Positions 9,701 through 16,165 are shown, counted from the first letter of the stretch. The stretch: DNA of 17,340 nt from an uncultured Thiopseudomonas sp. (GCA_964625365.1 CAZVDA010000019.1:1-17340); one strand, 5' to 3'. The notes: generated from the letters alone by a model not told the origin. Translations and numbers: made by a program.

Positions 9701-11925
9701 ACCTGTTGGTGGGCCAGCTGTTCGTCACAGCTTTCCGGGTCGCTGGCCAGGGCCAGTGCGCTGGCCATGCCTTGCTCGAACAGGGTGAACTGGGCACCAA
9801 ACTGGGCGCTTTGCTCGGCGCTGCCCAGAGTTTTGCGTTTTTGGTCGGCGCGGGCGCGGCTCTGGTTGAGCTGGGCATAGATTTCGGAAATACCTTCGAC
9901 AATGCGGGTGCGCAGGGCAGGGTCGTCAATGCGCAGGGCAGCCATCAGTTCGGACAGGGTATCCAGTTCGCTGGCCATGTCCTGCAATTCGCCGAGTACC
10001 GCGTCCAGTTGCGGGGTGTTTTCGGCGGCGGCGATGGCGGCACCCTGATCTTTCAGGGCGTCGTGGTAGGGCACCAGCGAAGCGTCGTCGGCCAGGAAAT
10101 CGGCGGTCCGGGCGGCCACTTCCTGCTGGGCCTGTTCGAGTTGCTGTTGCAGGTGCTCCAGCGCGGGCTGATCCAGATAACGCAGGTCGCGCAGGCTGAT
10201 CAGGCGGCCACGTTGCTGACTGATGCGCGCCAGTGCCTGGGCAAAGTCCCGTGCAAGGTTCCAGCTGGCGTGGCGGATATCGGTCAGCATTTGTTGCTGG
10301 CGGGCGGTCGCTTCGGCCAGCTGGCGGGCAGTATCGGCCTGGATGCTGGCGACTTTTTCGTACTCGTCCAGCACCGCTTCGCCGCTGGCAATGATGGTGT
10401 CCAGTAGCGGTGCCAGAGCCGGCTCGGGGCCGTTGGCCTCCATCCAGTGGTGATGCTCGGTCAGCCGGCGGGTGGTAGCGATCAGCCGCTCGTAACGCTG
10501 GCTGGAAATTTCGTTGCTGTGGATGTCCTGGGTCAGGCTGAACAGCTCGGAAATGCCGCGTACCAGCTCGGCGTTGCCAATGCGCCCCAGCGGGGTGTCC
10601 CGTTGCGGGGCGCTGGCGGCATAGTCGTCACTGATAAAGGGCGTTTGCCAGATTTGCATCGGATGGGTGCGGGTGGGCTCGCTGGTGTCGTCGTTGAATA
10701 CCGCCATGCGGCCGTCTTCGAGCAGGGCGTAGCCGCTGGCCAGCACCGGGCGCTGCAGGGCCCGTTCGATCAGGTTGTAGGTAAAGAGGGCAAAATTGCC
10801 GCTTTCCGGCTCGCGGAATACATAGAGTACGTCTTCGCCGTTGGGTGAGCGGCGCATGCGGCGAAAGCGCATGCCGGCCATGTCCTGATCAAAGGCGTGC
10901 ACTTCGCCGCTTTCCAGTACATAACCGCCGGGAAAGATGATGCCGTGGTCTTCCGGCAGCTGCCGGCAGGCCAGGCCGATGGCGTCGTTGCGGATAACCT
11001 TGCCGGTCAGGGGGTTGAACACCAGATAGCGCCACTGTTCCTCGCGGTACGGCAGGATTTTCAGCAGAATCAGGCTGCCAACCCTGGCGTATTCGATGCG
11101 GGCATCGCCCAGTGCCTGGCTGGTATCGCTGACTGGCTCGCGCCAGATGCCGAGGCCGTCTTCGGTGTTGTTTTCCACCTTGATGGTCAGGTCGCCGCCA
11201 ACGGCTTCAACAAACAGGCTGTCGAGAATGTTGATGTGGGGGTGGCGGCCCTGGACTTCGTCTTCGCGGCGGGTGGCGGTCCATTCAAAGTCAAAGGCGG
11301 GTGGCGCTGCCAGGTCGCGCTCGCCGCGGTTGTCGATGTAGCGGATGGCGCTGGCATCGGCGGCAACTTGCCAGCGGAATACCCGCATGTCGGTGGCCCG
11401 CTCGCCAATCTGGAAGCCGGCCAGCAGTTTGTTGTCGAGCACGGTCATGTGGGTCAGCCGTGCGCCCTTGTAGTAGGCATAGAGTTCGGTAAAGTCACGC
11501 ACAAAACCGGGGTCGTCGAGAAAGCTGCCGGCCAGCGGCAGCGGCTTGACGTCATAGCCGTTTTCATCGTCTTGCAGCGCGTACAGGGCAAATACATCAT
11601 CGACCCGGGTGGTGGTTTTCAGGCCGATAAAGACGTTATAGCCAAACAGCAGATACCCGCCCACCTGCACGATATCGCGGCCAATGCAGTTGTTTTCGGT
11701 ACGCACGCGAAAGCGTCCCAGCAGCTCGGAGCGGCTGCTGCCAAACTCTTCCAGCCGCAACTGGTTGAGCCGGAGTGCCAGCTCGTGCAGTTGCCGGCCC
11801 TGGCCGTGCAGGCGCTTTTGCAGAACTTCATAGGCACCGCCACGGGCCACGCCTTCATCTACGGAGGTGAGGGACGGCTCTGAATGGCTGGAGTCGGTGG
11901 GGCGTGGATCGGCCATGGACATCAT
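6754..11925 (-). CDS. Giant (1723 aa) uncharacterised multidomain protein with a C-terminal AAA+ (AAA_5/MoxR-like) P-loop ATPase domain, and the last gene of the PspA/flotillin cluster
   Basis: The minus-strand ORF is uninterrupted. The N-terminal region of about 480 aa looks beta-rich. Residues about 480-900 form a long Q/L/A/E/R-rich predicted coiled-coil or helical region. Residues about 1300-1480 carry Walker A ISPPGYGKTT (nt 7954-7977) and Walker B NNVMLYVDDIQH (DD at 7771-7776), then a sensor-like CLVMSGNPY segment. The last 250 aa or so are a helical tail with a basic C-terminus. Codon usage matches its neighbours. The start is uncertain (MMSMADP...), with no clear SD. Confidence 0.8.
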   Translation of the reverse strand: MMSMADPRPTDSSHSEPSLTSVDEGVARGGAYEVLQKRLHGQGRQLHELALRLNQLRLEEFGSSRSELLGRFRVRTENNCIGRDIVQVGGYLLFGYNVFIGLKTTTRVDDVFALYALQDDENGYDVKPLPLAGSFLDDPGFVRDFTELYAYYKGARLTHMTVLDNKLLAGFQIGERATDMRVFRWQVAADASAIRYIDNRGERDLAAPPAFDFEWTATRREDEVQGRHPHINILDSLFVEAVGGDLTIKVENNTEDGLGIWREPVSDTSQALGDARIEYARVGSLILLKILPYREEQWRYLVFNPLTGKVIRNDAIGLACRQLPEDHGIIFPGGYVLESGEVHAFDQDMAGMRFRRMRRSPNGEDVLYVFREPESGNFALFTYNLIERALQRPVLASGYALLEDGRMAVFNDDTSEPTRTHPMQIWQTPFISDDYAASAPQRDTPLGRIGNAELVRGISELFSLTQDIHSNEISSQRYERLIATTRRLTEHHHWMEANGPEPALAPLLDTIIASGEAVLDEYEKVASIQADTARQLAEATARQQQMLTDIRHASWNLARDFAQALARISQQRGRLISLRDLRYLDQPALEHLQQQLEQAQQEVAARTADFLADDASLVPYHDALKDQGAAIAAAENTPQLDAVLGELQDMASELDTLSELMAALRIDDPALRTRIVEGISEIYAQLNQSRARADQKRKTLGSAEQSAQFGAQFTLFEQGMASALALASDPESCDEQLAHQQVLLEELESQYGEHEQFLTDILAKREALLEAFESRKQTLLDERQRRAQTLYDAALRILDGLPRRTERLQERDALNSFFASDALILKLHDLADRLRALQDSVKADDISARLKAVQDQALRLQSDRSTLFEAGGSIIRLGRHRFSVNTQPLDLTLMPRGDHLYTHLVGTDYMQPVIHPELDALRTFWDATFASESDRFSRAEYLALQVINSAEQPAAGDNTAISSQQLAELMHQPDELVRAVRNFAAPRYRDGYERGIHDHDAALILQALLPLREVAGVLAHDASARALAVLFWNQQGDNDDAAHWPVRATSARMLQRVMGSRLAGQALVRDIAAVLGRFAEQAHLTPFTCHADTPLDTLSHEAARYLADELAYDTHSFHFSSHAEQLTQLLQATLEADGSWHSLHASLGNPALALNQRLELALHWLNALASQPEQHANAPYALEAAALLLLDPALPRQIVPMQLHTRVTGLLSQHPRIQDGELLLSVDGFSSNALWHQRHYQPGLQAYQALRQRITSEQRQQLQLDSFKAKPMTSFVRNQLIDQVYLPLIGDNLAKQMGTAGNNKRSDLMGMLMMISPPGYGKTTLMEYVAHRLGLVFMKIDGPSLGHEVRSIDPARAPDSAARRELEKLNLALEMGNNVMLYVDDIQHTHPEFLQKFISLADGTRRMEGIWQGQSKTYDLRGKKFCLVMSGNPYTESGEVFKIPDMLANRADIYNLGDVLGGQEETFKLSYIENSLTSNPVLAPLANRDLNDLHLLVSKARGHEVSGNALSHDYSAAELREIEAVLQRLLTVREVLWRINQQYIASAAQADAYRTEPPFKLQGSYRNMNKLAEKVTAVMNDQEMQQLLDDHYRGEAQLLTLGAEENLLKLGELRNTLNDSQQARWAEIKRNFQRNQSIGGADGDIGGKIVAQLVDLVTATRSSRPAEQGIPWPDILERSEQLISDQQRSDRFLRSALVVTLNHIRQQERRERQKQADKPASKP
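7485..8030 (-). other. AAA+ ATPase domain of the giant protein (approximate extent)
   Basis: GYGKTT is encoded at 7954-7971 on the minus strand and the LYVDD Walker B at about 7770-7785. The spacing and the downstream hhhhSGNP motif resemble MoxR/AAA_5/dynein-like ATPases rather than the Vps4/FtsH classic clade. Confidence 0.6.
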
Positions 11926-11952
11926 CTCGCAAAAGGGGCGGTGAACAGGAAG

Positions 11953-11973
11953 CGCCCGCCGTGCTGGCGGGCG
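11953..11973 (-). other. 8-bp all-GC stem-loop in the 59-nt gap between the flotillin and giant-protein genes. It may be an attenuator or partial terminator.
   Basis: The arm cgcccgcc (11953-11960) pairs with ggcgggcg (11966-11973), with loop gtgct. On the minus strand it is followed by CTTCCTGTTCAC, which is only weakly U-rich. Confidence 0.35.
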
Positions 11974-11984
11974 TTCGATGCAGG

Positions 11985-13994
11985 TCAGGCCTGGCTGGAA
12001 GGGTTGCCGTCGGCCGGGAGGGCGGCCGGTTCGATGGCGGCGCTGTTGGTCTGCTGGGCCTGGGCCAGCATTTCAGCCACTTTGGCACCGCCTCCCAGAC
12101 GTTGCAGTACATCACCCACCAGCGGGCTTTTGCTGGTCAGGCCGTCGAGGAATTTGCCCATCGACAGGCCGCCGGCAAACTTGTCGAAGAAGGCCCCTTC
12201 GCCGCCAACGATATCAATATTGGCGTTGGACAGTGCGGCCGCCATGGTTTGCGCCTGGTCGTGGGCAATAGCCTTGCTGGCGGCAATGCTGGCCATGGCC
12301 TGCTCGAAGGTTTTCTCCAGCTGCATGCGGAACTCTTCGTGGGCGCGGGCAGTGTCGCCGAGCTGGTCGAGGGCGGCAAACTTCTTGACCAGACCCTCGG
12401 CTTCGGCGAGCAGCTTTTCGCGGGTGACGCCGGCTTCGGCCTGACCCACATCCTGGGTGACCTTGGCCTGGGTGCTGCCCACCTGCTGTTCGCCACGGGC
12501 CTGGGCCAGCAGCTTTTCTTCCAGCACCCTGGCTTGTGCCAGGCCCTGTTCCTGCTCGACACGGGCTTGCGCAAGGCCTTCTTTTTCCAGTGCGGCAGCG
12601 CTGACTTCGCGTACTTTGGCGTCGGCCAGACCGGGCGCGGCACGCTCGGCCTGGATGCCTTCGGCCAGGCGCTTCTTGGCTTCGGCCTGCTGGGTGGCTG
12701 CATCCAGTTCGGCCTGCGCCAGTACGGTAATTTTGACCGCCTCGTGACGGGACGCCTCTTCGTCAGCTTCGGCCTGCTTGATTTGCTTGACCAGCGACTC
12801 TTCGGCTTCGGCCTTGGCCTGCAATACCACCACCTGGCGGTCACGGTCGGCGGCAGACACTTCACGCACTTCCTTGATGCGCTCTTCTTCCTGGGCGACG
12901 GTTTTTTCTACCATCACCCGCTCGCGGATGACGTTGGCAATAGTGGCCTTTTCGGTTTCCAGCGCTTTTTCCTTTTCGATGCGCTGCAGCTCGACTTCAC
13001 GTTCGCGGGCGACAATTTCCAGCTCGCGGGCACGGGACACCTTCTCGATTTCGATGGCGACTGCCCGCTGTCGGTTTTGCTGGGCCACTTCAACTTCGCG
13101 CTGGCGGTTTTCCTCGCGCACTTCCACCAGCTCCTGGGTGGTGATGCGGGCCTGTTCGGCTTTTAGGCGCTCTTCTTCCTGTACTTTCAGGGTTTCGGCT
13201 TCCTCGCGGGCGCGGATGCTGGCAATTTCACGGGCCTGGCGGGCTTCGGCATCGGCCTTCTGGCGCTCCAGCGACAGCATGGCTTCACGGGTTTCTACGT
13301 TTTTCTTGGTGATGGCCAGCTCTTCGTTGCGCGAAATTTCGTTGGTGACAATATTTTGCGCGGCGGTCAGCTCGGTAATCTTGCGGATACCCTCGGCGTC
13401 GAGAATGTTGGCCGGGTCGAGTGCTTCTTTTGGCGTCTGCTCGATGTAGTCGATGGCCACGTCTTCCAGCGCATAACCGTTCAGGTCCTGGCCGATGACT
13501 TCGATGATGCGGTCACGGAACTGCTGGCGGTTTTCAAACAGTTTGACAAACTCGGTCTGCTTGCCCACGGTTTTTAGTGCTTCGGAGAACTTGGCATTGA
13601 ACAGTTCGTTGACCGCATCCTTGTCGGATGCGCGGTCAGCGCCCAGTGATTTGGCTACCTTGAGCACGTCGGCGGCGGTTTCGTTGACCCGCAGGTAAAA
13701 CGCCACGGTGATGTCGGCACGCATGTTGTCCTGACAGATCAGTCCCTCTTTACCGCGGCGGTCAATGTAGAGGGTGAGCAGCGAGATTTTCATGAATTCT
13801 TTTTTGTGGATGACCGGCCAGACCAGGCCGCCGGTAAAGCGCACCTTGGGCGTGCTGCTCAGGTCGTTGATGATCAGCGCGGTCCCTTGCGGTACCTTGA
13901 TGTAGAACGCCTTGAACAGCAACAGGATGGCGATGATGAACAGCAGCAGGACAAAACCTGCGGTCAGCAGCGGGGCCAGGATACCCATGTTCAT
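11985..13994 (-). CDS. Flotillin-family SPFH/band-7 protein (YqiK-like) with an extended Glu/Ala/Arg-rich repeat region
   Basis: The 669-aa product has an N-terminal TM helix MNMGILAPLLTAGFVLLLFIIAILLLF, then an SPFH domain (VRFTGGLVWPVIHKKEFMKISLLTLYIDRRGKEGLICQDNMRADITVAFYLRVNE...). A long EA-rich coiled coil follows, with 11-aa repeats (GLAQARVEQEQ / GLAQARVLEEK / LLAQARGEQQV). The SD is AAGGAAA about 8 nt upstream. Confidence 0.9.
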   Translation of the reverse strand: MNMGILAPLLTAGFVLLLFIIAILLLFKAFYIKVPQGTALIINDLSSTPKVRFTGGLVWPVIHKKEFMKISLLTLYIDRRGKEGLICQDNMRADITVAFYLRVNETAADVLKVAKSLGADRASDKDAVNELFNAKFSEALKTVGKQTEFVKLFENRQQFRDRIIEVIGQDLNGYALEDVAIDYIEQTPKEALDPANILDAEGIRKITELTAAQNIVTNEISRNEELAITKKNVETREAMLSLERQKADAEARQAREIASIRAREEAETLKVQEEERLKAEQARITTQELVEVREENRQREVEVAQQNRQRAVAIEIEKVSRARELEIVAREREVELQRIEKEKALETEKATIANVIRERVMVEKTVAQEEERIKEVREVSAADRDRQVVVLQAKAEAEESLVKQIKQAEADEEASRHEAVKITVLAQAELDAATQQAEAKKRLAEGIQAERAAPGLADAKVREVSAAALEKEGLAQARVEQEQGLAQARVLEEKLLAQARGEQQVGSTQAKVTQDVGQAEAGVTREKLLAEAEGLVKKFAALDQLGDTARAHEEFRMQLEKTFEQAMASIAASKAIAHDQAQTMAAALSNANIDIVGGEGAFFDKFAGGLSMGKFLDGLTSKSPLVGDVLQRLGGGAKVAEMLAQAQQTNSAAIEPAALPADGNPSSQA

Positions 13995-14032
13995 GGTGAT
14001 GTTTCCTTTTGGGGTCAGTAATGGGGTGTCAG

Positions 14033-14647
14033 TCAGAGGCCACGAAATTCGTGTTCGCTGACCACGCGCCAGGCATCGCTGCCGGGCAGTTGTTCGATCA
14101 GGACAATGCGGCTGCCAAGGGGCAGCTCTTCGCCGCTGGTGCGTACCTGCAGAATCAGCCCTGCACCGCCGTCATCAATGCTGGCATGGCCGTATGCGGC
14201 GGTTGCCGTGCTGCTGCGCACCACGCCACTGCGGCCGGCCAGCACCTTGGGGGCGTGTCCGCCGCTGGCGCGGTGCAGCAGGCGGCGTACGGGGCGCAAC
14301 ACCAGGGCAGTCAGGAAGGTGCCAACGACAAAGGCGGCCACTGCAATCAGGCTGCCCAGCAACAGGGTGCTGAAGCTGCCCGGCATCAGTGGCAGTGCCA
14401 GCAATACCATGAAGTAGCAACATAGCCAGCCCAGCAGGGCCATCAGGCTGAGCACGATGGTCAGCGGTACGCCGCCCAGCCCCAGGCGTGACAGCAGGCC
14501 GGTGGCATCGCCCAGGCTGTCGCCGCCATCGGCGGTATCGCCGGCCAGACCGGTCATCGCAATCAGCCAGTAGGCCACGCTGACGGTCAGCCAGGCGGTG
14601 AACAGGGCGGTGGGGTAGCTGGAAATAATGCTGAGAAACACGTCCAT
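14033..14647 (-). CDS. YqiJ/NfeD-like inner-membrane protein, the usual partner of the flotillin YqiK
   Basis: The track ORF 14033..14701 is trimmed to MDVFLSIISSYPTALF..., preceded by GGAGAG. The N-terminal half is multi-TM. The C-terminal soluble domain (VLAGRSGVVRSST...ILQVRTSGEELPLGSRIVLIEQLPGSDAWRV) looks like an NfeD-like OB-fold. It sits immediately upstream of the flotillin gene, as in the E. coli yqiJK pair. Confidence 0.72.
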   Translation of the reverse strand: MDVFLSIISSYPTALFTAWLTVSVAYWLIAMTGLAGDTADGGDSLGDATGLLSRLGLGGVPLTIVLSLMALLGWLCCYFMVLLALPLMPGSFSTLLLGSLIAVAAFVVGTFLTALVLRPVRRLLHRASGGHAPKVLAGRSGVVRSSTATAAYGHASIDDGGAGLILQVRTSGEELPLGSRIVLIEQLPGSDAWRVVSEHEFRGL

Positions 14648-14708
14648 TATGGGCTCTCCGGCACGGCAGTGTGTCATGGACCGGCCTGGAAGCCGGCCCA
14701 TGGCTGGG

Positions 14709-15419
14709 TCAGTTGTCGGCCGCTTGTTGGCTGTTCTGGCGGGCCTTGAGGCGGGCCAGCACCGAGTCGGCGCTTTGGGTTTCGGTCAGGATGCCGGCCT
14801 GGCGCAAGCGCTGGTTGAGGCTGTCGCCGTTGCTGTCGCGGGCTATTTCGCTGGCCGCTTCCAGCCGTGCGCTGCGCTCGGCCTGCTGCTGCTTGATGCG
14901 CTCCAGCGAGTCCAGTGCGGTTTGCAGGCGCGAGTCGGTGCCCTGATAGCGCTCGGCAACTGCGGTTTGTGCACGCTGCACGCTCTCGGTCGCCTTGACT
15001 GTATCAGCCTGCTGCTTGAGGCGGCGGATATGGCTTTCGGCCTGGTTGATGGCGTCGCGCAGCTGGCTGGCGCTGTTGCCCAACTGGTCGGCCAGCTGTT
15101 GTTCTTCGCCCAGCTGGGCTTCCAGTGTGGCGATACGGCCGGCGACTTCCAGCGCCAGGGTTTCGTCGCCCTGCTCTAGTGCCCGGGTGGCGTAGCCTTC
15201 GTTGTTGGCAATCTGGCTGCGGGTTTCGGCCAACCGGGCCTGCGCCAGTTTTTCTTTGGCCATGAGGCCGGCCAGGGCCTCCCTGCTTTTGCGCAGGTCG
15301 TCGTCGGCATCACGGATTTCCTGGTCCAGAATGCGCAGGGCCTGGCTGTCAACCAGTGCTTCGCCGGCTTCGTGGGCACCGCCGCGCAAGGCGGTCAGCA
15401 ATTTGCTCCATACACTCAT
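14709..15419 (-). CDS. PspA/IM30-family protein (YjfJ-like; ESCRT-III superfamily)
   Basis: The track ORF 14709..15704 is trimmed to Met96 (MSVWSKLLTALRGGAHEAGEALVDSQALRILDQEIRDA...), which has AGGAGA 6 nt upstream. It is alignable with E. coli YjfJ (MGILKSLFTLGKSFISQAEESIEETQGVRMLEQHIRDAKAEL...QFEQQMEVVKATEAMQRAQQAV...QTRQAERQARLDAAAQL...VLARLQRQQ). No pspBC or pspF is present nearby. Confidence 0.85.
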   Translation of the reverse strand: MSVWSKLLTALRGGAHEAGEALVDSQALRILDQEIRDADDDLRKSREALAGLMAKEKLAQARLAETRSQIANNEGYATRALEQGDETLALEVAGRIATLEAQLGEEQQLADQLGNSASQLRDAINQAESHIRRLKQQADTVKATESVQRAQTAVAERYQGTDSRLQTALDSLERIKQQQAERSARLEAASEIARDSNGDSLNQRLRQAGILTETQSADSVLARLKARQNSQQAADN

Positions 15420-15438
15420 GATGTTCTCCTGCGTGTGC

Positions 15439-15885
15439 TCAAGGGGTTGGCTGGTTGAGACTGCTTTCAAAGGCTTCGGTAATTCGCACCACGTTGTCAG
15501 CCAGGGTGTCGATTTCGTAGAGGACGCTGTCAAGGATGGAGCCGGCGCTGAGTGCGCCGAACATGATGTAGGCGTCCTGCTGGTCTGCGGTGGTTTCAAT
15601 GCCGACCGAGGACAGCGGGAACAGTTTCTGCATTCGCAAAATCTGTTCGTTGAACTGCACCGGATCCTGCACCATGCTGACCGGCCACAGGTAGGCTTCA
15701 ACAATGATCTGGCCGCCCGCTACTGCCAGAAACAGGGGCAGTTCGCCATAGTCATGCATGCGAATCAGCAGGCTGGGCTCGGTGCCTTCGATCAGCTCCA
15801 GGGTTGCCCGCCCGTCGCGGGCCAGTGACGTACCGTTCAGTGCTTCAAGCAGTGTTTCTGTGGTCCATGTGGTCGTGCGGGTCAT
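15439..15885 (-). CDS. Small conserved hypothetical protein, YjfI/DUF2170-like by context. This is the first gene of the cluster. A possible N-terminal extension reaches 16065.
   Basis: A 148-aa form starts at MTRTTTWTTETLLEALNG..., with a strong GGAGG SD 5-6 nt upstream (rc of 15891-15895). The frame stays open a further 60 codons to an ATG at 16065 (MEQKTSAYYQRLYRQRLREQGLIKKELW...). That ATG sits 7 nt after a predicted -10 box, so a leaderless 208-aa form is possible. It is followed 19 nt later by the pspA-like gene. Confidence 0.6.
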   Translation of the reverse strand: MTRTTTWTTETLLEALNGTSLARDGRATLELIEGTEPSLLIRMHDYGELPLFLAVAGGQIIVEAYLWPVSMVQDPVQFNEQILRMQKLFPLSSVGIETTADQQDAYIMFGALSAGSILDSVLYEIDTLADNVVRITEAFESSLNQPTP

Positions 15886-16065
15886 GCTGTCCTCCATGAG
15901 GCGAGGGGTAAGGTGATCCTGTCCGGGCAGGCGCATCTGTTGCTCCAGTTCGGCAAGCTGTGCGCTGTATTCGGGAAGAATCCAGAGTTCTTTTTTAATC
16001 AGGCCCTGTTCGCGCAGACGCTGGCGATAAAGGCGCTGGTAGTAGGCTGAGGTTTTTTGTTCCAT

Positions 16066-16117
16066 GACGTGAATTTAAACTATCACATGTGATTTTTGCA
16101 ATATCTTACATGTGACG
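16066..16117 (-). promoter_or_regulatory. Sigma70-like promoter of the YjfI-PspA-YqiJ-flotillin-giant ATPase operon with an embedded palindromic operator
   Basis: The minus strand reads TTGCAA (16101-16096), a 17-nt spacer AAATCACATGTGATAGT, TTAAAT (16078-16073), then TCACGTC and ATG(16065). The spacer contains the perfect palindrome ATCACATGTGAT (16082-16093). A second near-copy TTACATGTGAC lies at 16106-16116, 23 bp centre to centre. An extra ATCACA half-site lies at 16121-16126. Confidence 0.4.
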
Positions 16118-16165
16118 TTGATCACAGATTTGTATTCAGGTGTGAAAACAATTTTTCAGGCTGCC

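Noticed and set aside
12137-12865. 242-aa minus-strand ORF and tandem periodicity inside the flotillin gene, considered as a CRISPR or repeat-protein gene
   Set aside because: The periodicity comes from coding 11-aa EA-rich repeats of flotillin. Repeats are imperfect and there are no spacers, so there is no CRISPR-like architecture.
6616-13166. Chain of long plus-strand ORFs (6616..8448, 8494..9459, 9595..10407, 10897..11883, 11904..13166, and also 5634..6644 and 4935..5543)
   Set aside because: They lie antisense to the giant-protein, flotillin and valS genes. Their translations are low-complexity G/A/V/Q-rich strings with no motifs. The minus-strand frames give recognisable proteins with SDs. 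These are typical shadow ORFs in GC-rich DNA.
6754-16065. Interpretation of the giant ATPase cluster as an anti-phage defence island
   Set aside because: It is flanked by core housekeeping genes (valS, the rib operon, galU). There are no nuclease, methylase, integrase or IS signatures and no compositional break. The partner genes are envelope-stress or membrane-microdomain proteins. A membrane-remodelling role is the more economical reading, though a role in phage or envelope stress is not excluded.
16082-16126. TGTGA/TCACA half-sites read as a CRP or FNR binding site
   Set aside because: The half-sites are adjacent, as TCACA-TG-TGA, rather than separated by 6 bp (CRP) or in the TTGAT-N4-ATCAA pattern (FNR). 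This fits a different, unidentified palindromic-operator family better.
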